A DNA stretch of 64,000 bases from Collinsella sp. Its GTDB lineage: Bacteria > Actinomycetota > Coriobacteriia > Coriobacteriales > Coriobacteriaceae. Below the pieces are notes generated by a model. It worked only from the letters and a program-made list of their open reading frames with translations. It was not told where the DNA came from and ran no database searches. The stretch spans positions 118,236 to 182,235 of the forward strand of contig JAHYYJ010000002.1 in assembly GCA_019425015.1 (NCBI GenBank), in the 5' to 3' direction. The position numbers were made by a program, and so were the translations under genes. Position 1 is the first letter of the stretch. Every line of letters begins with the position of its first letter. This document shows positions 1-9,579 of the stretch, one piece after another.

Positions 1-1069
1 CGCCGATCGCGGTGCCCGTGCCGATGCCGAGGTTAAACAGGCCCGAGAAGATCGACATGGCGACGGCCGACGAATCCGCCGGCGTGTACTTGATGAGCTC
101 GGCCTGAAACGCCACGTTAAAGGCCGTGGAGCAGCAGCCCCATAGCGCGCAAACAGCGAGAACGGCGACGAGCGACGGTGCAACCGGACCCATGAGCAGC
201 AGAGCCACAGGCACGCCGGAGAGTGTGATAGCCAAGAACGGAAAGCGATGGCCATCGAACAGTCGGCCGAACAGCCAGCTTCCGAGCAGACCGGAGCAGC
301 CAAACGCCGTCAGCGTCATGGTGATGGCGCTTGCGTCGACATGGGCGACCTGCGCCAGGAAGGGCTCGATATAGCTGTAACCCGCGTAGTAGCCGGTCGC
401 CATAAAGACCGTGACCGCATAAAGCGCGATGAGGAACGGATTCTTGAGCAGCTCGGGCAGCTGCTTAACGGTAAAGCGCTCGCCCACCGGCATGGCCGGG
501 AACACCGCGGCCTGGTAGACGACCGCGACGGCAGAAAAAGCTCCGACCACGGCAAACGTCATACGCCAGCCCACGGCCAGCCCGATGGCGCGGCCGATCG
601 GCAGGCCAAAGATCTGCGCGATGGACGAGCCCGTGGCGATCATGCTAATGGCGAGCGCCCCGTGGCGACTGTCAACCAGGCGCGAGGCCATGATTGAGGC
701 GACCGACCAGAACACGGCATGCGCGCAGGCGACCACCAGACGCGCGCAAACCAAAATAGGATAGGTAGGCGCCACGGCGGACAGGAACTGACCCAGCGAG
801 AACACGGCAAGCACGCCGAGCAGCATACGCTTGAACTCGAAGCGCGAGGCAAACACCATAAGCGGCAACGACAGCAACATGACGCCCCAGGCGTAGACCG
901 AGATCATGATGCCTGCCTGGGCCTCGGTGAGCGAGAACGACGCGGCGATATCGGTCAGAAGGCCGATGGGCATGAACTCCGACGTGTTGAACACGAATGC
1001 GCAGCAGGCGAGCCCGATAAGCGGGAGCCACTGCCTGAGTGAGATGCCATCTTGTCTTGCCTGACTCAT
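1..1069 (-). CDS. MFS transporter (SotB/sugar-efflux-like), N-terminal part; gene continues past the left edge
   Basis: Own translation from ATG at 1069 (MSQARQDGISLRQWLPLIGLACCAFVFNTSEFMPIGLLTDIAASF...) stays open to base 1. It shows serial hydrophobic helices. It is absent from the ORF track because there is no stop in the window. Confidence 0.75.
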   Translation of the reverse strand, partial: MSQARQDGISLRQWLPLIGLACCAFVFNTSEFMPIGLLTDIAASFSLTEAQAGIMISVYAWGVMLLSLPLMVFASRFEFKRMLLGVLAVFSLGQFLSAVAPTYPILVCARLVVACAHAVFWSVASIMASRLVDSRHGALAISMIATGSSIAQIFGLPIGRAIGLAVGWRMTFAVVGAFSAVAVVYQAAVFPAMPVGERFTVKQLPELLKNPFLIALYAVTVFMATGYYAGYSYIEPFLAQVAHVDASAITMTLTAFGCSGLLGSWLFGRLFDGHRFPFLAITLSGVPVALLLMGPVAPSLVAVLAVCALWGCCSTAFNVAFQAELIKYTPADSSAVAMSIFSGLFNLGIGTGTAIG

Positions 1070-1113
1070 ATATAACGTCTCCAATCATTTTGAGCGGAGG
1101 CGATTATATAGCA

Positions 1114-1150
1114 ACGGTCCCGCATCCGTCAGCAACAGATGCGGGGCCGT
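1114..1150 (-). terminator. hairpin downstream of feoB
   Basis: Stem ACGGTCCCGCATC / GATGCGGGGCCGT lies about 40 nt past the feoB stop. The U-tract is weak. Confidence 0.4.
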
Positions 1151-1190
1151 AATCAACTCAATACACAGAGGTTGCGCCATCAATAAATAA

Positions 1191-3551
1191 CTAAGCCAGC
1201 CCCAGCAATATGCCCGCCGAATGCACGACAAACGCCACGATCCAGGCGACCGTCACCTGAAACGCGAACACGGCCACGGCATAGCGCGCGCCCAACTCGC
1301 TCTTGACGGCGCCGATTGCCGCTACGCAGGGCGGGTACAGCAGCGTAAAGACCAGGAACACGTAGGCGGTAAACGGCGAAAACATGGTCGACAGCGCCGC
1401 GGGCGACGTTGCGCCCAAAAGCACCGTGAGCGTCGAGATGACGCTCTCCTTGGCAATGAGTCCGGTGACGAGCGCCGTCGACGCACGCCAGTCGCCAAAA
1501 CCGAGTGGGGCCAACACCGGCGCGATGATGCTACCCAGACCGGCAAGCAGACTCTGCGACTGATCGGCGACCACATTAAAGCGGATATCGAACGTCTGGA
1601 GGAACCAGATGACCACGGTGGCGGCAAAGATAATGGTAAAGGCCTTGGTAATAAAGTCCTTGGCCTTATCCCATGCCAGCATCACCGTCGTCTTGACGCT
1701 CGGCAGGCGGTAATTGGGAAGCTCCATGATAAACGGCACCGGGTCGCCCTTAAATGCCGTGCGGTTGAGCACCAGGGCGGCAATGCAGCCGACCACGATA
1801 CCAATCAGATAGAGCGAGACCATGGCGGGAACTGTCGCCTGCGGGAAGAATGCCCCGCACAGCAGACCGTAGACCGGCAACTTGGCCGAACAGCTCATGA
1901 ACGGCGTGAGCATGACCGTCATCTTGCGGTCGTGCTCGGATGGGAGCGTACGGGTCGACATGATAGCCGGCACGGTGCAGCCAAAACCGACGAGCATAGG
2001 CACGAAGCTGCGGCCCGACAGGCCAAAGCGACGCAGCACTTTATCCATGACAAAGGCCACGCGCGCCATGTAGCCGGAGTCTTCCAGAATGGAGAGGAAC
2101 AAAAAGAGCACGACGATAATCGGCAGGAAGGTCAGCACGCTGCCCACGCCCGTAAGCACGCCGTCGACAGCCAGCGAGCGCACCACGTCGTTGGTGCCGA
2201 ACGCCTTGAGGCCCGCATCGGCCGAGGCGATGATGGCAGCGATGCCGTCCTCCATAAGTCCCTGCAGCGCCGCGCCGATCACGCCAAACGTCAGCCAAAA
2301 GACGAGACCCATGATCACCAGGAACGCTGGAATGGCCGTGTAGCGACCCGTCAGGATGCGGTCGATCTTGACGGAACGCACGTGCTCGCGGCTCTCGTGC
2401 GGCTTGACGACGCAGCGCCCACACACGTCGCCGATAAAGCCGAAGCGCATGTCAGCCAGTGCAGATAGACGGTCGGTACCGGCCTCACCCTCCATCTGGG
2501 CAATGATGTGCTCGATGGCGTCAAGTTCGTTACGGTCCAGATGAAGCGCCTCGGTCACCAGCTCGTCGCCCTCAACCAGCTTGGTCGCCGCAAAACGCAC
2601 CGGGATATGCGCCGTCGCGGCATGGTCCTCGATAAGGTTGGCGATGCCGTGAATGCAGCGATGCAGCGCGCCGCCGTCTGGACCATCGGGCGCGCAGAAG
2701 TCCAGGCGGCCGGGGCGCTCGCGGAACCGTGCCACGTGCAAGGCATGATCCACCAGCTCGCCGATACCCTCGTTGCGGGCAGCGCTAATGGGGACAACAG
2801 GCACGCCCAACAGGCTCTCGAGCAGGTTGACGTCTACGGCGCCACCGTTGGCGGTCACCTCGTCCATCATGTTGAGCGCGATGACCATGGGGCGATCGAG
2901 CTCCATAAGCTGCAGCGTCAGGTACAGATTGCGCTCGATGTTGGTGGCGTCGATGATATCGATGATGGCATCGGGATGCTCGTCAAGGATAAACTGGCGG
3001 CTCACAATCTCCTCGCCCGTGTACGGCGACAGGGAGTAAATGCCGGGCAGGTCGGTAACGCTCGCCTCGGGGTGGTTACGGATAGTGCCGTCCTTGCGGT
3101 CGACCGTCACGCCGGGAAAGTTACCGACGTGCTGGTTGGAGCCCGTCAGCTGGTTGAACAGCGTGGTCTTACCGCAGTTTTGGTTGCCGGCGAGGGCAAA
3201 GTGCAGCGGTGCGTCCTCGGGCACGGCCGTTTTTGCCGCACGGGGCGAATACGTCCCCTCGCCGAGTGCCGGATGCTCCGTCGTGCCGATTGCAGCGTTA
3301 GCGCGCGGACCCATATCGGTATCGTGAATGCCCACGAGCTCAATGCGGGCGGCATCGTCCTTGCGCAGTGTCAACTCGTAGCCACGCAGGCGAATCTCGA
3401 GCGGGTCGCCCATAGGAGCGTACTTCATCATGGTGACTTCGGTGCCCGGCGTTAGGCCCATGTCCAAAATATGCTGTCGGAGTGTCTGATCGTCCGATGC
3501 CACCGATGCGACAACGGCGTCCTTTCCAATCTCGAGTGTATCGAGCTTCAC
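1191..3551 (-). CDS. feoB: ferrous iron transporter, FeoA-FeoB fusion
   Basis: ORF 1191..3722. FeoA-like N-terminus (GLTPGTEVTMMKYAPMGDPLEIRLRGYEL), G-domain P-loop GNQNCGKTTLFN, polytopic C-terminus. Start placed at GTG 3551, 7 nt after GGGGGAGGAA; ATG 3602 is an alternative. Confidence 0.9.
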   Translation of the reverse strand: MKLDTLEIGKDAVVASVASDDQTLRQHILDMGLTPGTEVTMMKYAPMGDPLEIRLRGYELTLRKDDAARIELVGIHDTDMGPRANAAIGTTEHPALGEGTYSPRAAKTAVPEDAPLHFALAGNQNCGKTTLFNQLTGSNQHVGNFPGVTVDRKDGTIRNHPEASVTDLPGIYSLSPYTGEEIVSRQFILDEHPDAIIDIIDATNIERNLYLTLQLMELDRPMVIALNMMDEVTANGGAVDVNLLESLLGVPVVPISAARNEGIGELVDHALHVARFRERPGRLDFCAPDGPDGGALHRCIHGIANLIEDHAATAHIPVRFAATKLVEGDELVTEALHLDRNELDAIEHIIAQMEGEAGTDRLSALADMRFGFIGDVCGRCVVKPHESREHVRSVKIDRILTGRYTAIPAFLVIMGLVFWLTFGVIGAALQGLMEDGIAAIIASADAGLKAFGTNDVVRSLAVDGVLTGVGSVLTFLPIIVVLFLFLSILEDSGYMARVAFVMDKVLRRFGLSGRSFVPMLVGFGCTVPAIMSTRTLPSEHDRKMTVMLTPFMSCSAKLPVYGLLCGAFFPQATVPAMVSLYLIGIVVGCIAALVLNRTAFKGDPVPFIMELPNYRLPSVKTTVMLAWDKAKDFITKAFTIIFAATVVIWFLQTFDIRFNVVADQSQSLLAGLGSIIAPVLAPLGFGDWRASTALVTGLIAKESVISTLTVLLGATSPAALSTMFSPFTAYVFLVFTLLYPPCVAAIGAVKSELGARYAVAVFAFQVTVAWIVAFVVHSAGILLGLA

Positions 3552-3598
3552 GTCCGTGTTCCTCCCCCGGCGCCCACAGGGCGTTGTATTTATGTTCA

Positions 3599-3640
3599 CC
3601 ATGGCTAACCGTTTGCCATGGCTAACCAATTTAACCATGC
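3599..3640 (-). promoter_or_regulatory. putative metalloregulator (DtxR/IdeR-like) operator upstream of feoAB
   Basis: Direct repeats CCATGGCTAACC at 3599-3610 and 3616-3627, plus a partial TAACCATG at 3632-3639. The reverse complement GGTTAGCCATGG resembles an IdeR/DtxR half-site (AGGTTAGCC). Confidence 0.35.
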
Positions 3641-3715
3641 ATGATAGCGCGAACGCACGGCGACGTTCAATCAACAGATTGGTGCAGGGGGGACGGATTA
3701 CTTTGCACCAAGCCC

Positions 3716-3897
3716 TTGACAACTAGGACGATGTCGATGCCTTGGAACCGACAGCGAAAGCCCGTCAGAGCGAGCAAGGTGCCTTGAAACGAGACGGCAT
3801 TGACCTTCTGGTCATGCCGCCGAAGTTGAAAGGCAGATTGCCGCTCTGGCGGGCTTGCAGCGTCAAGTGGTTACGGCGTTTGGTAAAACGCCGTAAC
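3716..3897. ncRNA. unassigned structured element, copy A (paralog at 36256-36436)
   Basis: Near-gapless (one 1-nt indel) ~181-nt alignment to copy B. The 13-mer TGACCTTCTGGTC is identical and the junctions are conserved. Four helices differ in sequence but stay complementary. Confidence 0.5.
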
Positions 3898-4799
3898 TAA
3901 AACCCGTGGCGCTCCAGGAAGCGGAAGGCCAGGCGGATCCAAGGACGGACTGCCACTTGCTTGTCCTCGTTGTCGACCGCGGTATTGGCGTTGCCGAGCG
4001 AAAGGCCGTGGCCACCCTGGTCAAAGACGTGCATCTCGCATGCGACCCCTTCCTCGGCCATGCGCTGCGCAAACGGATAGACCTGCGCAATCGGCGCCGT
4101 CTTGTCGTCCGAAACGCCCCACACAAAGGTCGGAGGCATCTGGCGCGAAACGTGCGTGGTAGGGCAAATGTCGGCCAGGTGCTCATCGGTCGCCTCGCCG
4201 CCCGTCACCATCGACAGATAGTCGTTGAGCAAATCGCGCCCCGTCTTGCCACCCGTCTTGGGCACGCGCAGGTCGATGCGCGGGTCGCGCGTCTGCATAT
4301 CGCGCACATAGGCAAGGTCGAGCAACGGATAGCCCAGCACCACGGCGTCGGGACGAATATCCTCCGGACGAGCCCCGGCAAGGCCCGCGAAAGGTCCGGT
4401 CTTCCACTGCGTTGCCAACGAGGCGCAGATCATGCCGCCCGCCGAGAAACCCACGATGCACACGCGCTTGGGATCGACATGCCACTCGTCGGCGTTGGCG
4501 CGAACCGTGGCGACCATCTTGGCAAGGTCTGCCTGCGGGTGAGGAAAGCTCACGTCGCCCGTGCCACTTGTCACATAGTTGAGCACAAAGGCCTGGTAGC
4601 CGCGGTCCAAAAACGCAAACGCCACGGGATCCTGCTCATGCGGAGCGATATGCGTAAACGCACCTCCGCCGCAGATAATCACGGCAGGGCGGCGGCCATT
4701 CGGCTTATCGGGCAGCGGCTCGGCACCCAAATACGTAAACGTCGCCGGATACTCCTCGGTCGGCTCCTCGCCCCACAGCGCATGGTTCTCGACAATCAT
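3897..4799 (-). CDS. alpha/beta hydrolase (esterase/lipase family)
   Basis: ORF 3897..5006. Nucleophile elbow GFSAGG and oxyanion-like ICGGGAF. Start moved to ATG 4799 (MIVENHALW) behind a GGGAG RBS. Confidence 0.8.
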   Translation of the reverse strand: MIVENHALWGEEPTEEYPATFTYLGAEPLPDKPNGRRPAVIICGGGAFTHIAPHEQDPVAFAFLDRGYQAFVLNYVTSGTGDVSFPHPQADLAKMVATVRANADEWHVDPKRVCIVGFSAGGMICASLATQWKTGPFAGLAGARPEDIRPDAVVLGYPLLDLAYVRDMQTRDPRIDLRVPKTGGKTGRDLLNDYLSMVTGGEATDEHLADICPTTHVSRQMPPTFVWGVSDDKTAPIAQVYPFAQRMAEEGVACEMHVFDQGGHGLSLGNANTAVDNEDKQVAVRPWIRLAFRFLERHGF

Positions 4800-5042
4800 A
4801 TGTGCTCCCTTCGCGCAGATTATGCGCCCTTGTTTTTCGCGTCTAAGCGTACCCCACTTGAGCCCGTGGCGAAGAAACACTCCAGCAATAAGTTTCCCTT
4901 CAACTGATATATCACATAATCCCAGTTCAGAGGTATCGTTGAGCAGCGTAAAATAGGGGCGTTGACCAAGCCGCGAAACACATATGAAACGTTTCCGGCA
5001 AACCAAGCGCGCGATATGCGCCTATTTAAGTTGGAGGCAACT

Positions 5043-5606
5043 ATGGGTCTGCTCGATTCGCTTAAGTCCACCTTCACCTCGACGGGCGAGGCATCCGTTC
5101 CGCCCGCAGCAAGCTTCGCCACCCGCGAAGGCGTCATCTACGCCCCCGTCAACGGCGTGCTCGTCAACCTCGATGAGGTTCCCGATGAGACCATCGCCTC
5201 GGGTATGCTCGGTCAGGGCTACGGCATCGAGCCCATTACCGGCACCATCTATGCGCCCGCCAACGGCCGCATCGGCGCCACCACCGTCACCAACCACTCC
5301 ATCGGCATGATCACCGAGGACGGTCTTCGCGTGTTCATCCATGTTGGCCTGGGCACCGTGGAAATGAACGGCAAAGGTTTTGCCCGCTTTGTCGAGATGG
5401 GTGACACGGTCAAGGCAGGCCAGCCGCTCATCAGTTTCGACCGCGAGGCCATCAAGGCCGCCGGTCACGAGGACATCGTGACCGTCATCGTCTCCGAGCT
5501 CGATCGTCTTAAGAGCATCGACCATGTCGGCGAGTCCGGCACGCTTATCGGCGGCAACCCGCTCGTCAAGCTGGGCGACCCGCTGCTGGTAGCCAAGACC
5601 AAGTAG
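5043..5606 (+). CDS. PTS EIIA component, glucose family
   Basis: ORF 4962..5606. Typical EIIA-Glc core (HSIGMITEDGLRVFIHVGLGTVEMNGKGF). Start at ATG 5043 after GGAGG. Confidence 0.8.
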   Translation: MGLLDSLKSTFTSTGEASVPPAASFATREGVIYAPVNGVLVNLDEVPDETIASGMLGQGYGIEPITGTIYAPANGRIGATTVTNHSIGMITEDGLRVFIHVGLGTVEMNGKGFARFVEMGDTVKAGQPLISFDREAIKAAGHEDIVTVIVSELDRLKSIDHVGESGTLIGGNPLVKLGDPLLVAKTK

Positions 5607-5641
5607 CCAGGCCCCGCGCCACACAGCCAAAAGGCAACACG

Positions 5642-5680
5642 AAAAGCGCCCACGAGCATTTGCCGTGGGCGCTTTTCGTT
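5642..5680 (+). terminator. rho-independent terminator
   Basis: Stem AAAAGCGCCCACG / CGTGGGCGCTTTT followed by a T-run. Confidence 0.75.
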
Positions 5681-5774
5681 TGAAAAACCATCCCGCCAAT
5701 GCCTTATCCGTATAGCCCAAATGAGCCGAGCTGCTAAAATATCGAACTGTATGGATAACTATCATTCAACCGTT

Positions 5775-7190
5775 ATGGGAGGATACGTGAACCGCACCAA
5801 AATCGCGCAGCTTTACGCCGATGCCGAGTCGCTTGGCGGCCAGACCGTCACCGTCGCCGGCTGGGTCAAGTCCATCCGCGACATGAAGAACTTTGGCTTT
5901 GTTACGCTCAACGACGGCAGCTGCTTCCGCGACCTGCAGGTCGTCATGAACCGCGAGGCACTCGACAACTACGACGAGATCGCCCATCAAAACGTCTCGG
6001 CCGCACTCATTTGCACCGGCACCGTCAAGCTGACCCCCGATGCGCCCCAGCCTTTCGAGCTTTCTGCCACCTCCATTGAGGTCGAGGGCGTCAGCGCCCC
6101 GGATTACCCGCTGCAGAAGAAGCGCGCAACCGTCGAGTTCCTGCGCACCCAGCAGCACCTGCGCCCGCGCACCAACCTGTTCCGCGCCGTGTTCCGCATC
6201 CGTTCTGTCGCGGCTGCCGCCATCCACCGCTTCTTCCAGGAGCAGGGCTTTGTCTACGTCAACACCCCCATCATCACCACGAGTGACTGCGAGGGCGCCG
6301 GCGAGATGTTCCGCGTGACCACGCTCGACCCCAAAAATCCGCCCCTCACCGAGTCCGGCGAGGTCGACTGGAGCCAGGACTTCTTTGGCAAGCACGCGAG
6401 CCTTACCGTGTCCGGCCAGCTCAATGCCGAGAACTTTGCCATGGCCTTTGGCGACGTGTACACCTTTGGCCCCACCTTCCGCGCCGAAAACTCCAACACC
6501 ACGCGCCACGCCGCCGAGTTTTGGATGATCGAGCCCGAGATGGCCTTTGCCGACCTTAACGACTACATGGATAACGCCGAGGCCATGCTCAAGTACGTCC
6601 TTAAGGACGTTATGGCCACCTGCCCCGACGAGCTCAATATGCTCAACAAGTTTGTGGACAAGGGTCTGCTCGAGCGTCTGGACCACGTGGCAAACTCCGA
6701 CTTTGCCCGCGTCACCTATACCGAGGCCGTCGAAATCCTGGAGCAGGCCGTCGCCGCCGGTCACAAGTTTGACTATCCCGTGAGCTGGGGCATCGACCTG
6801 CAAACCGAGCACGAGCGTTTCCTGACCGAGGAGCACTTTAAGCGCCCGACCTTCGTAACCGACTACCCGGCCGAGATCAAGGCGTTCTACATGCGCATGA
6901 ACGAGGACGGCAAGACCGTCGCCGCCGCCGACTGCCTGGTGCCGGGTATCGGCGAGATTATCGGCGGCTCCCAGCGCGAGGAGCGCCTGGATCTGCTCGA
7001 GGCCCGCATCAAGGACCTGGGCATGAATCCCGAGCAGTACAAGTACTACCTTGACCTGCGCCGCTACGGTTCCTGCAAGCACGCCGGCTACGGTCTGGGC
7101 TTCGAGCGCTTGGTCATGTATCTGACCGGCGTGGGCAACATCCGCGACGTCCTGCCGCACCCGCGCACCGTGGGCAACGCCGACTTCTAA
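5775..7190 (+). CDS. asnS: asparagine--tRNA ligase
   Basis: ORF 5721..7190. Class IIb aaRS motifs ([41 protein letters not shown]). Start is uncertain: ATG 5775 or GTG 5787 after GGGAGGA. Confidence 0.9.
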   Translation: MGGYVNRTKIAQLYADAESLGGQTVTVAGWVKSIRDMKNFGFVTLNDGSCFRDLQVVMNREALDNYDEIAHQNVSAALICTGTVKLTPDAPQPFELSATSIEVEGVSAPDYPLQKKRATVEFLRTQQHLRPRTNLFRAVFRIRSVAAAAIHRFFQEQGFVYVNTPIITTSDCEGAGEMFRVTTLDPKNPPLTESGEVDWSQDFFGKHASLTVSGQLNAENFAMAFGDVYTFGPTFRAENSNTTRHAAEFWMIEPEMAFADLNDYMDNAEAMLKYVLKDVMATCPDELNMLNKFVDKGLLERLDHVANSDFARVTYTEAVEILEQAVAAGHKFDYPVSWGIDLQTEHERFLTEEHFKRPTFVTDYPAEIKAFYMRMNEDGKTVAAADCLVPGIGEIIGGSQREERLDLLEARIKDLGMNPEQYKYYLDLRRYGSCKHAGYGLGFERLVMYLTGVGNIRDVLPHPRTVGNADF

Positions 7191-7237
7191 TCGTCGGACG
7201 CTAGCTCGCGTCGCCACACGCCAACGCTCATCGCACA

Positions 7238-7272
7238 AGCGTCTCTCGACATCGGTCGAGAGACGCTTTTTT
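7238..7272 (+). terminator. rho-independent terminator of asnS
   Basis: Stem AGCGTCTCTCGAC / GTCGAGAGACGCT followed by TTTTTT. Confidence 0.8.
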
Positions 7273-7439
7273 CAACAGCATCCGTCAATCTTTTGGCAAG
7301 TTTTTGGTCAGTTGGGCAGGGCTGTTGAAAACTCGACCCGCCGCTTGCCGACGGCTACCGACCGCCCAGGGCGTCCTGCACCCCTGGGAAAGCCCCGCGT
7401 CCTAGGCTCCATACCGTCGCCACCCAAAACGGAAAGGAC

Positions 7440-8234
7440 GTGGGCGCCATGACCGAAACCGCTGTTGAAACTTACGAGACCACGACGAGGGGCGCCGCCT
7501 CGATGGCAGCCTATCGCGCCGTTCGCATCCTGCAACTATTAAGCGAAAACACCGGCGAGGACAAGGCCATGCTTTCCGATGAGTTGATCCGGCGCCTCGC
7601 CCATCCCGACGACCCCGCCCGCATGCCCATCTCGGCGGCGCGGCGCAGCATCTACACCGCCATCTCCGCACTTCGCCATGCCGGATACGAAATTGAGTAC
7701 AAGCGCGGCGTGGGCTATCGACTCTTGACCCGTCCGCTCACCGACGAAGAGATCATCCGGCTCCACGGCATGGTCATGCGCAACCGCTCCACGCCCATCG
7801 CCATTCGAAAGAGCATGGCGCAGCACCTGGTCGCCATGGCGAGTGCCGACGTTCGCGGCTACCTCGATGCACCCGAGCCTGCTCCAAGCGCAGGCGACAA
7901 ATCCACCAAGGCCACACGCACGCCCGTCAAGCGCATCGATGCCTGCGAGCTCATCGAGCAGGCCATCGACCACGGAACCACGGTGAGTTTTGATATTTCG
8001 AGTGTCACGGCACGCGGAGAGGTCGAAGTGGCACGGATGACACTCCGGCCCTTTGCCATCAAGCAACGAGACGGCATCTCGTATTTGCTGGGAACGGTCT
8101 ATGACGCGCGAGGCGCCGATGACACGTTGCGTACCGTAGAGATCGGCCGAATGAGAAACGTCACCACACGTCTCCTCGACGGCAAGAAGCTCTTCGCCGC
8201 CCTGGACGAGGACGATGCCTCCTCCGCCGCATAA
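7440..8234 (+). CDS. HTH plus WYL-domain transcriptional regulator
   Basis: N-terminal winged HTH (RILQLLSENTG...IYTAISALRHAGYEIEYKRGVGYRL). C-terminal WYL-like segment (ISYLLGTVYD). GTG start after GGAAAGGA. Confidence 0.65.
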   Translation: MGAMTETAVETYETTTRGAASMAAYRAVRILQLLSENTGEDKAMLSDELIRRLAHPDDPARMPISAARRSIYTAISALRHAGYEIEYKRGVGYRLLTRPLTDEEIIRLHGMVMRNRSTPIAIRKSMAQHLVAMASADVRGYLDAPEPAPSAGDKSTKATRTPVKRIDACELIEQAIDHGTTVSFDISSVTARGEVEVARMTLRPFAIKQRDGISYLLGTVYDARGADDTLRTVEIGRMRNVTTRLLDGKKLFAALDEDDASSAA

Positions 8235-8394
8235 GACCCTCCGCCGCCCATTCGACTACCCGTACCGCCCATCCGATTCTGTATTAAAAAACCCGCCAGG
8301 CTGTTGTAAAAATGGACATCAGCGCTACTATAGTCCCACTTGCACTTTGTCCCAGTGCAGTGTTTCCAGCCATTTTTATACTGGGGGTAATGAT

Positions 8395-9375
8395 ATGAAG
8401 GACATCACCATCAGCCGCAGGAGCCTTCTGGTCTCCGCTGGCCTGCTCGCGCTCGCCCCGCTCGCCGGATGCGGCGGCAACTCTGGTTCCGGCTCTGCTG
8501 CCGCCGGTTCCGACTACACCATCGGCGTTCTGCAGCTCACCGAGCACTCCGCACTCGACGCCGCCAACGATGGCTTTGTCAAGGCCATCAAGGAGAGCGG
8601 CCTTAAGGTCAAGATCGACCAGAAGAACGCCCAGAACGACCAGTCCACGTGTAAGTCCATTGCCGACAAGTTTGTGGGCGACAACGTCAGCCTGATTTAT
8701 GCCATCGCCACGCCCGCCGCGCAGGCTGCCGCCGGCGCCACGGCCGATATCCCCATCGTTGGCTGCGCCATCACCGACTACGCCGCTTCCGGCCTGGTCC
8801 AGGACAACGACAAACCCGGCACCAACGTCACCGGCGCCTCCGACCTCACCCCGGTCGCCGAGCAGCTCGAGATGATGCAGAAGGTCCTGCCCGACGTTAA
8901 AAAGGTCGGCCTGCTCTACTGCACCGCCGAGTCCAACTCCGACGTCCAGATCAAGGCCGCCAAGAAGGAGCTCGACAAGCTGGGGCTCGAGTACACTGAC
9001 TTCACCGTCTCGAGCTCCAACGAGATTCAGTCCGTCGTCGAGTCTGCCGTGGGCAAGGTCGACGCGCTGTACTCCCCCACTGACAACACCATCGCCGCGG
9101 GCGCTTCGCAGGTCGGCCAGATCTGCAAGGAGAATAAGCTCCCCTTCGTGACCGGCGAGGAGGGTATGTGCATGGCCGGCGGCCTGTTCACCCTCTCCAT
9201 CAACTATAAGGACCTGGGCTACGCCGCGGGCGAGATGGCCGTTAAGATCCTGAAGGGCGAGGCCAAGCCCGAGGATATGCCGATCAAGCACCTCTCGAGC
9301 AAGGACCTGGTCGTCGTCAAGAACGACGAGATGGCCGAGGCCCTAGGCATCGACCTTTCCGCTCTGGACGAGTAG
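8395..9375 (+). CDS. ABC transporter substrate-binding lipoprotein (ABC_sub_bind family; putative aromatic amino acid uptake type)
   Basis: ORF 8215..9375. Start at ATG 8395 (MKDITISRRSLL). Lipobox LAPLAGCGG. Periplasmic-binding fold pattern. Confidence 0.8.
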   Translation: MKDITISRRSLLVSAGLLALAPLAGCGGNSGSGSAAAGSDYTIGVLQLTEHSALDAANDGFVKAIKESGLKVKIDQKNAQNDQSTCKSIADKFVGDNVSLIYAIATPAAQAAAGATADIPIVGCAITDYAASGLVQDNDKPGTNVTGASDLTPVAEQLEMMQKVLPDVKKVGLLYCTAESNSDVQIKAAKKELDKLGLEYTDFTVSSSNEIQSVVESAVGKVDALYSPTDNTIAAGASQVGQICKENKLPFVTGEEGMCMAGGLFTLSINYKDLGYAAGEMAVKILKGEAKPEDMPIKHLSSKDLVVVKNDEMAEALGIDLSALDE

Positions 9376-9445
9376 CGCCATGCGCGGTAACGCGTCTAGG
9401 GCCCGCACGCGCGCCACAGCCGCGTTATTCAATATCTGAGTCCTT

Positions 9446-9484
9446 GGGGCGAACGCTAAAGACCGGCGTTCGCCCTGCTTGTTT
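9446..9484 (+). terminator. intra-operon attenuator/terminator hairpin after the binding-protein gene
   Basis: Stem GGGCGAACGC / GCGTTCGCCC followed by TGCTTGTTT. Confidence 0.4.
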
Positions 9485-9579
9485 CGGATGAGACAAAACA
9501 TCCGTCCGCAGCTCTTTTATGCATTGGTACCGCTATTATGGAAAATCACGTGTCCACCCTATCCTAGGAGGTATGAAGC

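Noticed and set aside
3552-3722. Long N-terminal extension of FeoAB (TTG 3722 or ATG 3602 starts)
   Set aside because: The extension is Arg/Cys-rich and non-protein-like. A strong RBS precedes GTG 3551, and the operator-like repeats would fall inside the extension.
3716-3745. TTGACA / TTGACG at the 5' end of both structured-element copies read as a -35 box
   Set aside because: No TAnnnT -10 hexamer occurs at 16-19 nt spacing in either copy, so a sigma-70 promoter cannot be supported. The conservation is noted only.
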